DNA of 63,289 bases, filler included, from Hyphochytrium catenoides (Eukaryota; Protista; Hyphochytriomycota), in the NCBI GenBank assembly GCA_900088475.1. It is 11 parts of 11 records of this genome, joined end to end, with 100 filler letters (N's around TTAATTAATTAA, not from the genome) between each part and the next. Parts side by side here need not be neighbours in the genome. Positions count along the whole stretch, not along the records: positions 23,996 to 27,978 come from FLMG01001341.1; positions 28,079 to 30,083 come from FLMG01001711.1; positions 30,184 to 32,624 come from FLMG01001461.1; positions 32,725 to 39,154 come from FLMG01003781.1; 7 more parts are not named here. One strand, written 5' to 3'. Below the pieces are notes generated by a model. It saw nothing but the letters and a program-made list of their open reading frames with translations, did not search any database and was not told where the DNA came from. Each line of letters begins with the position of its first letter. The first letter of the stretch is position 1. Shown here one piece after another: positions 26,911-39,154 of the stretch. The position numbers and the translations under genes are program-made.

Positions 26911-27068
26911 CGAGAGAGAGCGCGAGAGAGAGAGAGAGAGAGAGAACGTCGCGAGAATTTGTGAGAGGACTCATTGTAAAAAGAGAGATGACAAGAGACC
27001 GTGAAGGATCAGATGTTTGCCCGTGTGGAGGGATGATAGAGACAGGAGGAAGAAAGAGAGAGACAAAG

Positions 27069-27104
<36 letters not shown>

Positions 27105-27256
27105 TATCTAGGGTGGAAGGGCACCTGGATCGAAACTCTCCTTTCTCTGTGACGTGGCTGAATCTGTCTAGCATGTTCTCTCTCGGAACTCGAACTCCTT
27201 TCAAGCAGAGGAACCCATTGTCCACCCCATTAGCCCCAGCCTACAGGCAGGGTAAT

Positions 27257-27300
<44 letters not shown>

Positions 27301-27439
27301 AGAGAGAGAGAGAGAGAGAAGGAAGATGAAGAGAGAGGGAGAGACCCGGGAGACGGGGAGAGGATGAGCAAATAGTGAAGAAAAAGCAGGAGAAATAGTA
27401 TGGGGAGAAAGATAACAATAGAGGCAAGGAGAAGAGGAC

Positions 27440-27489
<50 letters not shown>

Positions 27490-27939
27490 GGGAGAGAGAA
27501 AGACATAGGAGGAGATAGTGATGATAAAGGTGAAGCTGATCTCAGACTTTCAGGAAAAGAAGAGGTAAGAGAAGGGAGTGTTACACGTCAGAAAAACTGA
27601 AGGGAGAAAGAGAGAGATAAACAGCAAGAAGAGAAGCGCGAGAGGGGGGCAGAGAGAGAGAGAGACCAGAGAGAGAGAGAGGGAGAGAGAGAGAGAGACC
27701 ACACGAGTCTCAAAGGATGGAAGAAGGAGAGATAACATCAACCGGAGGAGGAAGTAAAAGAGGCATTCAGATAAAGAAAACTAACGAAAAGAAATGAGAG
27801 AGAGAGAAAGAAAGAGAATGATGGGAGCAACCTTCATTCCTATGTCTCCCCTGATCACTCCGGGATAGAAGCCGCCTTGCTCGTCTCTCAGCGGGACGAT
27901 GAAGGCATGCACTCCATGGCACTTGTCCCTTACGTAGAG
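24102..27939 (-). CDS. ACOX: Peroxisomal acyl-CoA oxidase, internal part (both ends missing)
   Basis: Exons: LYVRDKCHGVHAFIVPLRD...GDIGMK|AGANGVDNGFL...VRVPRENML; IIQYQTHQRQLLPLIA; RRLAGGHGYS...LRDDN|EPSFTVEGDNAVMIQQ, containing the ACOX catalytic EGDN motif. Confidence 0.92.
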
Positions 27940-28722
27940 CTGCAGAAGAGAGAGACAAGAGAGAGAGAGAGAGAGAGANNNNNNNNNNNNNNNNNNNNNN
28001 NNNNNNNNNNNNNNNNNNNNNNTTAATTAATTAANNNNNNNNNNNNNNNNNNNNNNNNNNNNNNNNNNNNNNNNNNNNGTCTTCCTCTTCGAGTTGATAG
28101 GAGAGATTGCCAATGAAGCACTGGTAGGCAAGAGAGAGAGCGAGAGAGACACGAATACGGAAATGGAGGAAGAAGAGTTGAGGAACGTGAAGTTTGAGGA
28201 AGCACAGAGAGAGAGAGAGACAGAACCGAGATAGGAAGAAAAGAGGGAAGACACATATCCGGCGCAGAGGGAAGTGGACGACGGCCAAGGTTATGTTGAG
28301 TTGACGAATATGATGAAAGCGTTGAAGCGAGATGATTCAGAAAAGGTGGAAGAAAAGAGGCAAAGGAAGAGAACAGCTCAACGGAAAGAAGAGAATCCGT
28401 CGTCCCAGGCCGAAACAAACACTTCCAGAGAGGGAGAGAGAAACGAGAAAGAGAGAGCTCCTTGACGCTAGCAAAAAGCTTCAGAAGCTTGCTGCCCTCA
28501 GCAAACAAATTCAGTCGAAACAAGCTCCTTCTCACGCTCACGCTGCCTCAAAAGCGAGGCAAAAAGAAAGGGTCATTTCTCACCGTGAAAGGCGGTCTGT
28601 CCGGAATATCCTGCTGCGGGTGAGGCTGGTAATCGCTGCTCACCGGCCGGGAACCGTAGTCTGTTGATCAGCAAAGAAGAGCGACGTCACCCCTTCCATT
28701 TTCCCATAAAAGAGGTCTGAGT

Positions 28723-28759
<37 letters not shown>

Positions 28760-30046
28760 TCTCTCTCTCTCTTTATCTCTATCTATCTATCTCTCTTCGT
28801 TCTCTCTGTAGGCAGAGAGACACTGAAGCCACTGATCCCATGCTGCATGTCAAATATCTCTCTGTTTCAGCGCATCTTCATCTTCTATAGATCCTAGGTT
28901 GCTTACCATCCCTGTCTCCGCGGCGGGGAGAATAGCCTCTCTCTCTCGGAGGCGGGCCGCTATCAGAACTACGAAGACAGAGGATTGGATGATGATCGGG
29001 GTGCAAGGGAGGAAGGCCGATTGCCCAGGCAAAGAGGGAGCAACAAGAGAGAGGCAAGGTAGGGAGGAAGGTGATTATGAGGCTCAAATGTTCTCGGAAG
29101 CGTAGGAGCTGCTGCATCTCTCTCCTTCTCTCTCTAATTCTTCCTCTCTCTCTTTCTCTCTCTATTTCTTTCTCTCTCTCTGTCTCTCTCTCTTTCTCTC
29201 TCTCTCTTGCCCGCGCTGCCCCTCTCAGTTGCGCTCAATCTCTGGGCTACATATGTGAATCCTTCTCGCTCTTGCTCCTTTTCTATCTCTCGTCTGTTTC
29301 TGACCTCTTTCTGCCGGAGGCCCTGCCTGAGGGCTGAGTCTCTGGCACATGGTCAGGCACTTCTTCATCGCAGTCTGCCCAGGACTGGGAATCCGTCAAG
29401 TAGGAGCCCAAAGTTAACCGCTTGGCCATCTTTGAGCAATGGATTAGAAGAGGGGAGACGCTGTCCAGAGAGAGAGAGAGAGAAAGAGAGAGAAAAGAAC
29501 AAGGGAGGGACAATTTGGAAGGAGAGAGAGAGAGACAAAGAAAGAAACAGAGAGGCATATGCGGCTTAGTGGATGGTGTCGTGAAGAAACTGGGTGTTGG
29601 ACCAAACTTTTATCTCTGTGTCTCCTATCTCTCTCTCTCTCTTCTTTTCCTGAACCTCTTATCAGCTCCTTTCTTGGCTTCCCTGAATCCAACGCTTTCT
29701 GTGCCTTCAGACTCCTTTCTTTCTCTCTCTTACGTCTCTCCGCTGGGGCTTGCTCCTTCCTTTTTGCTTGAGAGTGTTCTCTCTCCCCTTTGTCGCCTCG
29801 AGCGCTTACCTTAGCAAGTCTCCTGCAATCTTCACTAAAATCGGCGCTGAAAGGTCAACGTCTTCACTTCTCTAAGCACTGAAAACTCTCTCTGCAGACG
29901 CTGAAAAGGAAGAAGAAAGACGATAAGGCAAGATAGAGCAAACCACAGCGCGGGATCGCGCGCCTAACTAGGAAGCTCTTTAGAGCAAGGTAGTGCCTCC
30001 TGCTAACTTTTGGATGGGGCTTCTCTCTTTCTCTCTCTCTCTCTCC

Positions 30047-30079
<33 letters not shown>

Positions 30080-30585
30080 ACCTNNNNNNNNNNNNNNNNN
30101 NNNNNNNNNNNNNNNNNNNNNNNNNNNTTAATTAATTAANNNNNNNNNNNNNNNNNNNNNNNNNNNNNNNNNNNNNNNNNNNNCTACTTATAGTAAGAAT
30201 ATTACAGAATAACAGGCGATGGGCCGTTGTGAGGATGCAGAGGTTGACGGCTTGCGGATGTGAAGCCTTCGACAGACAGAGACTCGCTCGCTAACCATTC
30301 TAATAATAACAGAGTTCTATCAATTATAACCCGGACAATAGCACACAGCACGACCACTAGCAGAGCAAGGACGAAAGGACATCAACACGGACAGAACTTG
30401 GAGGGAAGCACACTTCTTCGCAAAACAGTGCAACGTGCAATGAAGGCAGCAACGTGGCGGCGATGAGGCCAATGTCGTCTTTTAACACAGGTCCTTCGTG
30501 GTGTATGAGGTGCCAAGGCCTCAGGGCAGTAGCCAATACTATTTATAGGGTAATATAACGCTTACAAAGAAGAAAGTCCATGGCT

Positions 30586-32435
30586 TCAGCCCGAAATCAC
30601 CATCCGGAGCAGTTGCTGGATGCGGGCATCATTCTTTGCGATGGAGGCCTTCAGGGCGTTGATCTTAGCGACTTGCTCCTTGACCTGCAAAGACCAGTCG
30701 GACAGTAGGAGAGGGGAGGGGTGAGAGCTCTTTCGTTTCTAAGATATAAAGTGTGGATATGGTGCCAAGCGGAAAGAAAGCACAACATTCAAACGCAGCT
30801 ACGTACTGCGGCCAAGACAAAAGCTAGGAGGCAAGAAACAGAATGTTCAGACGGTCTGTCCATAACCTGCTCTGTCAGTTCAACAATTTGGAGCTTCGTC
30901 TGCTGCGTCGACTCCTCAGTGGCCTTCTGTTCTTTCTCTAAGAGGACAAGATCCTTGCTATACTCTGCCCGCCAATAGCTGAGCTCCTTCACCATAGTCT
31001 CCACGTCATCATGGACGTAATCCATACATTTCCCTACAACCCACCATGTCATGAATGATAGCAACACAATTCAGGAGAAAGCCCAGGGATGATAGAAAGT
31101 CGGGAGAGACGAATGAGAGAAAAGAAGAGAGAGGAGATTCAAATGTTCATGAGGGAGACGCAGCTGCAGAATGGCACACGCTATCTTGAGAGCGAGACAG
31201 ATCGGGAATGGAGACGCTAATGGGAGAGATCAAGAGTAGAGAGAGAGAGAGGACATGGGAGAGTTGAACGATAGAGGAAAGAAGCCATACCAAGAGGGTT
31301 GCTAGCCTGACAAAGCTTCTGGATGGACTTCCGAAGGTTATCAATTTGTTCTTGCGTGAAAGTCCCTGTGTTTGCCACGCCAAGCATCTCCGCCGTCTTC
31401 TTTAATCTTCCAAGCCTAGACAATAGGGAGGGAGTCAGCAAACCTCCATCGCGTCGCTTCAAGGAGATGAGGATAGAAGAAGGAAGGACACGAACTCGGC
31501 GGAGCACCAATATCGGTAGGAGTGAAAGAGCAGTCTAAGAGACAGAAGAGACAGGGGAGCTCGATGGAGATTGAGAAACTTGAGGGGTGGCTTACCTAAT
31601 TCCTGAATCTGATTTCTTGTCCTCCTCCTCCTTCTTAGCCTCCTCCGCGGTTTGCTTGGAGTCGCTCAAAATGTTCCTCACCAGTTTGCCTGCTCAGAGG
31701 AAAGAGACGAGTCAATAAGAGGATGAGCCGTATTCTAGTTAAGTGCCAAGGGGTGCAGGAAGGTAGGGCAAACACTGTATAGGGATGGAAGCACTACTAA
31801 TTGTTGCGAGCTCCATGAGGGAGAAGAAGATAAAGGGGAGAACTGATAATCGCATACCATGCTTCTCGCCGTCAATGGCAGAGATCTGAGCTGCCCTGAC
31901 GGACCCGCCTTCGTTATCGCTACCCTCTCCCTCACTGTCACTATTGGCTCCCTCTTTCATGATATGGGTGGGAGCCGCTACTTTCACCTCAGCAGCACTG
32001 GGCCTATTAGGTTAAAGAAGAGATTCATTCTTCGTCAGCGAGGTGTCCATTTGGCCTAGACATCACCGGTACTATCTTTGTTTCTCTACCAACTTTGTGC
32101 GCAACCTCTATCACAGTTAGCAATCTCTATCCCAGTATATTGATCTCTTTTCTCTCGGTCTCTAACCCTCTATCTCTCTTTTTTTTCCACCTTTCGGTGG
32201 TTTGCTCCCTTTCTTGTGTGTTCACTATTAGTGAGTAGGTCCTGTCGCCTTTCAGCTCGCTCAAAATGCTTGGGCCCCTTCGTACGTGATAGGCTCACCT
32301 GTCTACTTCTCTGACATTCTCTTTTAGTTTAGGTGGTTTTCTCCTAGCAGTGGTGGGTCGGGCCGTCTTCCGGGATGTTGACGGGGCAGGTGTCGGATCA
32401 TCGTCCCCTTGCCGTGGTGACGCCGGCGGAAAACT
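30586..32435 (-). CDS. TRAF3IP1: Intraflagellar transport protein IFT54 / MIP-T3, C-terminal exons
   Basis: ARPTTARRKPPKLK...; HGKLVRNIL; IDNLRKSIQKLCQASNPL|GKCMDYVHDDVETMVKELSYW; KINALKASIAKNDARIQQLLRMV*, matching the MIP-T3 C-terminal coiled-coil signature. Confidence 0.92.
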
Positions 32436-33301
32436 CTAAAGGGAGTACGGAGTCAGGACAAACGGTGATGACAACAGTAGTGAGTCTAACAGCAAGCCTA
32501 CGTACTGCCAGATATATGTTGCTGATAGCATAAAGGGAATAACTATAAAACATGAACTCTTCAAAGAGCAGAAGGAGAGTGGAATGAAAGAAGACTGAAC
32601 GACACGAGGCGATAGAAACCCCTTNNNNNNNNNNNNNNNNNNNNNNNNNNNNNNNNNNNNNNNNNNNNTTAATTAATTAANNNNNNNNNNNNNNNNNNNN
32701 NNNNNNNNNNNNNNNNNNNNNNNNTTATTCTTATCTCATCCTCTTCGCTTCATTTTTCTTGCTTGTCAAGGCTCGTTTAGCTTCTTCCATCTCTTACCTT
32801 CCACCCGGGAGATGGCAGAGTTGCGTGGAAGCTCTTCTTCGTCGTAGTGCAAATAGCAGTATGAGATTCAAAAATATAAAGATTCTGAGCTCGAGGAGAG
32901 CTTGGACGTCCTTAAGCCTATAAATGAAAAGCTATGAAGTTGATATGCAAGAGAGTAAACTGAGGGAGAAACACTCTCTAAAAAAGAGAGAACAGAAAGT
33001 GTTAGAAATCATGAATGGTCACCAAGGGATCCGATGTCTCAATCAAGATATCGGCATTTCCTTCTGCTCACCCGGATGACGTGACAGAGCATGCAATGTA
33101 TGACAAGCCTCTGGCTGGGAGTATCAAACTGGCGCTTGACATTACTAGCCTGGGAGCTCCCCTTGCCGCCTAGCTGGGTCAGGGGAAGGAGGCTCTTGGC
33201 CCCCAGAGATTAGGTCGTCGTAGCAGTGGGTTGTGTGCGCGCTTAGCGTAGCGAATATTGGGGAGTGGTAGTTTGAGAGCCTCCTGCCTGCTGCTTGGGC
33301 C

Positions 33302-34800
33302 CTACCATTCTCGCCGCGTGTCTGCCGTCTGGACGGGTTGATAGGCCTGGTAGCCTTGGTAAGCGTCAGAGCGCCAGCGTCCCGAAAACTTGATGGTTAC
33401 GTCGCCCGCCTGACCTTCATAAGTGCAGTCAGTGACGCCTCCTACCCCCAGGGAGTGTGTTGATTACCGTTCGAGTAAAGATCCGCAGGCTGCTGCTGCT
33501 TGCTTCACCAGCTTGGCCACATCCTGGAAAAAAAAAGAAGTAGGCCAGAATAGTGATTGAGGCCCCATAAGAGTTGGTGGTGTGGTGTGTACCAAGATTT
33601 TAAGTCTAATAAGCGCAGCAGGGAGGATTGGTACTGTCACGGGCTGCGTCTGGGCAGTGGTTGCGGATTCGCGACTAAGGCCCTGTCTTAGGAGCGCGAA
33701 GCCCGGCGGGTGAGAGTGATGTCCCGCACAAGGAAGAAGCGTTGAAGCAAGAGAACGGCGCTGAGCTTCCCAAGGGTGTTGGCCTCTGTGTTGTCATCCT
33801 GGGCATCTCGTTGATACCCATATGCTCTGCCGTAAGCAGCGAAAGCGCCTAGCTGCTCAGTATTCGCTGGGCCGGATCCGCTGAGCCAGACAGGGAATCC
33901 AAAGAATTGACATCAGGTGACCCTTGCTTCCAGTTCCCACGGTCCTTCGAAGTGGTGGTTTGTGCCAAGGCTCGGGTGCCGACTGCCCGCGTCGACGGCT
34001 CATTGAGGGAGCCAGGTACGTGGCTCGTCGTACAACAAACACCACAGCTAATCTCGAGAAATGATAGCAGACGAAGAATCACTTCTTGGGCAGGTGGGTT
34101 CTGAGATGCGCGCCGCCGGTTGCACGCAATCGCGGACACATTGTGGAAAAAGAAGCGTAAATGTAGGGACCGCTCACGCGGTAACTGGTGCCCAAGCCAG
34201 CAGGAGGGCATACGCGGCGCTGGAGAGCTCCCGAATATTGATCCCAAAGTCCGAGCTGCGGCCCCGATAGCAAGGGGCTCCTCCGGGGAGATCCGAATCT
34301 GCACGAACTCCTTGCGGTGAAGATTGAGAGGGACGAGTCCTTCTTCATTGCTGGGCGTCCATAATAAAGATTACGAGGTCTGGTCGGGCAGCTCGGGTAA
34401 ATGGGGCGAAGCTCACTCCATTCAGGTAGCCACGTGAGAGGATGTGTTCGAACCATTCCAGATCGCGAACAGCTTCTGGAGAAAAGGGTTCTTGGTCCGT
34501 AAACAGGTAAAGAGACCGTTGTGCGAGAAAAGCCCTGCACAAATGCTCCAGCCGCAGGAAAGCACGTCGTTCATGGCGAAGACTACCCAGCAGCTGCTCT
34601 ACATCGCACCGACATACTCGATGGGGAGGCTTGGCAGCAAGAGGCAGGTGGTTCATCAACGCTTTGTCCACCTTGTAGCACACACAGAAAAGCGTAGGTT
34701 GTCAATACCACCCCCACTCCTCTTCTTCGCAGCCACTAGTAGAGCTTTCATTGAAACTGGCTCATTTAATCCCTTTCCGAAGCACCGCCCCCATCAGCTC
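33302..34800 (-). mobile_element. Decayed tyrosine-recombinase (DIRS-order) retrotransposon: RT/RNase H remnant followed by YR remnant
   Basis: Frame-shifted segments LLGSLRH...EAVRDLEWF...LNGVSF...PDLVIFIMDA; FGINIREL; HNVSAIACNRRRASQNPPAQ...SHVPGSLN/DAGSR; then QLGAFAAY...GKLSAV, HQLLWG/ILAYFF, DVAKLVKQAA...STHSLGVGG...IKFSGRWRSDAY. Confidence 0.85.
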
Positions 34801-37800
34801 TGCAGCCCATTCCATTTATTGCATTTTCTCTCTCCTATTATCATTTATTCTAAGTCTAAGAAGCAGTCTCAATAAAGCTGTCATGGGAAGCCTCCCGCCC
34901 GCTTTCTTGTTGTCCTCTCCTCATCTAGCCTGACCCCATATCTTCTACGAACGTACATTCTCTCTCTTCCCCTTGATTACTTTCCATCGACCGCGTGTCG
35001 TCCTGCCTGCTGAAGTCGACGACGATGAAAAGAGCAGGAGACAACCCTGAGTGGAATTTGAAGTCGGGCCTGCCCCTTGTTCTCAACCAGGTTCACCCTA
35101 TGGGCCCTGACGGTGTACCACCACTGCCCTCTTTCTGCCCAGCTGCAATGGTAGGCTGCCGTCTTCGAGTGGGGGACACACACAGAAAAAAGCGCTTCAT
35201 GGAGCCTAGTTCTATAGAAAGGAGAGAGACACAAGTCACTGTAGACAGAAGCGACAGGAGAGAAAGGGAAAAGACAGAGGCGAGAAGTGGAAGGAGATTG
35301 GGGGTAGGTAACAACAAGGAGTAGACACTACGACTGTCTCTGCTGACATTTGTAAGGATTGTTGCCTCTGTCAACCGACTTTCCTGGTCTTCTGTTTACC
35401 TTTTTTGCCCCCTCGAGCCTCATCTTGGAAAGACGGAACATCACTTCCTGCCCAATCCGCAACCACTGTCGGACCACAAAGTGGGAAGAGAAGGGAGGAG
35501 GGACTGAAAAGTGAGGCGCAGCAGAAGTCATTAACAGAAGGCTCCCCCCCCAGTCTGAGTCTCTTCTTAGCTTTCAGAAGCTCTCACTTGGAGCTCTCAT
35601 TCCATCATCTGGCATTTGCCTTTCTCCTTCTTGACCACTCTTCTATCTCCTACCCGTTAAAGTGGCCCTCTAAGACTTCAACCTCCCACTGCCTGTCCCC
35701 GCCGCTCTACTCTTGCCATCAAGTGCGTGTCTGGCTAACCGAATTCTAGGTCGCGGGTTTCCTTTCCCTTTGGCAAGCGTCAATGTTTACCTAATTCCAG
35801 CGCTTCTCTATCACCTCATTGCCTCTCTTTGTTCGATTGGCTTCCCCTTCTAGAGCAACCTTTCTCTCATGTCTCGTGTTTACAGTTGTAAGATTAATAG
35901 ATATTTGCCAGTCTCTCTTCCCTTCTCTCTCTCTCTCCTCCTCCTCTCTCTCTCTCTCCTTCTCTCTCTCTCTCTCCTTCTCTCTCTCTCTCCTTCTCTC
36001 TCTCCCTCCTTCTCTCTCTCTCTCCTCCCCCTCTCTCTCTCTCTCCTTCTCTCTCTTTCCTCCTCATCTCTCTCCATCTCTCCCTAATGTTTTTCTTTAC
36101 CTCGCTTGATACGCACCATCATAGTCCTACATCTCATTTACTTCCTTCACTAGTCTCAAGATCTTTAGCTGGGAAGACGGTGGCGGATAACGCTGGAGCT
36201 TACTCTTTCTTTCTTTCCGCTTCAGCAGTCCTGAGCGCAGAACAGAAAACGAGAGACTGGGGACCATATATTATATATAGATAGCTAGAGAGAGAGAGGC
36301 TTAATAAGAGAAACAGTTGATAGACAATGAGAACAGGACTCAGTGGAGTAGATAGAGAAGCTTGGACAATTGAGGAGAGAGACACAGAGAGAGGAGAAAG
36401 GGCTTATCGTTGGAGAGGACCTTGGTCCTTTGACACTGAGTAAGAAGAAAAGACAATAAGGAGAGAAAGACTACGTCAACCGGCAGAGAGAAGATGGAGC
36501 GGAGTCTTCTTCTCTGTACGACGATGAAGGTAGCGGATCTTGAGAACACATCATCCCTCCTCTTCTTCTTTCCTTCCCCTTCTTCCCCTCCTTGTTCTCC
36601 TTCCTCCTTCACCAGAATGGAGAGAGGAGAGAGAGTCAACAATGAGACAGAAGAAGAGGGAGATCTGGACGCTCAGCTTGCAATGCTGAGATGGAGAACC
36701 AGAAACACAGTCAAACCATGCAGATGATCGAGCTCAGTTAGACGAAGCAGCAGGATGCAGACCTCCGTACGGCGCGCAATGAAGCGAGAGAGAGAGAGAA
36801 AAATGGACGGAGAAGCTTGTTCAGGGAGGAACTTAGTAAGCACCTGAAAGTAGACTTTTTTCTCGGTCTCTCCCTCTCTTTCTGAGTCACTCTCTTTCTT
36901 CCTTTCTTTCTTACTTTCACTGTCTCTCTCTCTCCCTTTACCCTTACCTCTCTCTCTTTCTGTGTCCTCTCTTACTCTAGACACTTTCCCTTCTCGTTTT
37001 CTCTCCTTATTCCTTGCGATGCCCCATCTTCCCTACTCTCTTTCTTCCTCTCGCCTAGAAGCCCTAGTTTGTGTTNNNNNNNNNNNNNNNNNNNNNNNNN
37101 NNNNNNNNNNNNNNNNNNNNNNNNNNNNNNCTCTCTCTCTCTCTCTCTCTCTTTCACCCAACTCCCTTATCATTTCTCCTCTCTCTTTTATTCTTTCTCT
37201 CCTGTTCCTTCTCTCCATTTCTCTCTCGCTCTCACTTCAGCGCTGTTCCCGTCCCTTTGTATCTGTGGCTGGGTCCTCCTTACCTCGAACATCTGGAAGA
37301 GAGACAACGGCAGACCATGAGAGCATCTCAAGAAGCATAGAAAATGCATCAAAAGCTTAGAAGACTCTCGCCTTCGAGAGATGACAGAGCTGAGAGAAGA
37401 GACAAAGCTTACAAGGAGAAGAAGAGCCAGCTCCGATTTTCGCTGTACAATGCTATGGACGTTGACCGGAAAGTGAGCTTGCCATCTCTTGGAAGCCCGA
37501 CCAAGATAGTTGCGGTTAGTTCCCTCTTTCTCTTTCCTCTTCATCTCTCTGCCCTTTCCCTCTAATTTTTTCTTCGACCTCCTTGTCCCCCCATGGCATC
37601 TCTTCCGCTCCTCTCCTTGGAGTCAAATCTCTGTCCACCTCTCTCTCTTTCCCTCTCTCTCCTTTGCTCTGTCTCTGTCTCGCTCTGTCCCTCTGCCTCT
37701 CTTTGGCCCTTTCAACAAAATAAGCCTGTCACCTTTGACGCTGTTCTCTTCTCTCTTTCCGTGGCCCCTTCCCTTTTCTTCCAATATTATCGCTCTTCCT

Positions 37801-38506
37801 GATCCCGACTCCATTGTTCCTTCTTCGTCCTCCTCGCCTGGTCTCTATACCACCTTCTACGGGGCAGCAGCTTCTCAAGAATCGCTTAGCGCCTGTCCCC
37901 AAGAAAGATGCATTTGCGCGGAATGAAGGAGATGTGAGCACAGCTCACCAGCAACCAGCCAAGTTGGATATGTGTAACAGAGAGAAAGAGGGTAAAGAGA
38001 AAATGAGACCTAGGAGGAATTAGCTTATCAATATATGTCCTTCTTTTACTTCTTCTCCCTCTCTTTCTCCGTCGCTCTTTTCACTCTCAAGAACTCTGTC
38101 CCTCGCTTTCTTCTGTCTCTTCTTATTTTTCTTATCTTCTCTCTCTCTTTTATTTCTCTTCCAGAGGCTTTGCTCTAGGATGATGTTCAGAGGTATTGTT
38201 TATCTTTCCTTCACTGTCTCACATTAGTACTAAGCAGACCTCTAATCACCTCAAATGGCCATTTCATTGAGAGAAAGAAGCGAAGGATATCTGAAACAAT
38301 GCAGGAGCCAAGACACGGAAGAAGAAGATACGGCACTCCGTAGCTGGCAATAGTGAGACGACCGCCCTAAGTACCTACGGTTAGACAGACGGCGGACAGA
38401 GGAGAGAAAGAACGAGAGAGCGCAAAAGAGAGAGAGAGAGAGGGAATAAAAAGATTGACACGTGAGGGACGGGTCGGGAAACAAGAAGAAGTGGTGAGGC
38501 AAGAAG

Positions 38507-39154
38507 AAAGTCCATCTCTATGCCAGCGACCGACTGAGGACAGACAAAGAAGACAGCAGACAGAGAAGTGAAGGAAGAGAAGATTGGGGAAGAGAGGAAG
38601 AGACAGAGAAGTGGACAAAGAGAAAGAGGGAAGAGAGAGATAGAGAAGAACAGAAAACTCATCTCCGCATCTTTACCCCTCAAAGGATGCGGTAGGTTGA
38701 CACCTTTCTCCCCCCTTCAGATTTTCTTCTAGCTGATCTATTCTCTAGCTCTTCTGTCCTACTCCCTCGTGCCTCACCATCGTTCTCCATTCGTCATACA
38801 TCTTCAGCGTAGTCTATCTCCTCTTCTGAGCTCTTCCAAGAAGCCGGTTGTACAATCCTAAAGTCCATCTCTATGCCAGCGACCGACTGTGGACCGACAG
38901 AGAAGACAGCAGACAGAGAAGTGAAGGAAGAGAAGATTGGGGAAGAGAGGAAGAGACAGAGAAGTGAACAAAGAGAAAGAGGGAAGTGAGGAAGAGAAGA
39001 ACAGAAAACTCATCTCCGCATCTTTACCCCTCAGAGGATGCGGTAGGTTGACACCTTTCTCCCCCCTTCAGATTCTCTTCTAGCTGATCTATTCTCTAGC
39101 TCTTCTTTCTGTCCTACTCCCTCGTGCCTCACCATCGTTCTCCATTCGTCATAC
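38507..39154. repeat. About 353-bp tandem repeat, at least 1.8 copies (second cut by spacer)
   Basis: Unit starting AAAGTCCATCTCTATGCCAGCGACCGACTG at 38507 and again at 38860, with scattered substitutions and small indels. Confidence 0.95.

Larger units (their letters stand above)
1..30083. repeat. Pervasive (AG)n/(CT)n microsatellite and AG/CT low-complexity DNA (also 35900-40300 and 61300-63289)
   Basis: Very many perfect and imperfect tracts; most intra-scaffold N gaps abut these tracts. Confidence 0.98.

Noticed and set aside
366-30083. Many ORFs rich in LSLSLS or ERERER in the ORF track
   Set aside because: (CT)n and (AG)n lack stop codons, so long ORFs arise trivially; most lie in introns or antisense to real exons
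33050-39154. Hammerhead or HDV ribozyme in the DIRS 3' region or in the 353-bp repeat
   Set aside because: CUGAnGA-like words lack a matching GAAA and stems, and are not conserved between repeat copies; no HDV topology could be built by eye
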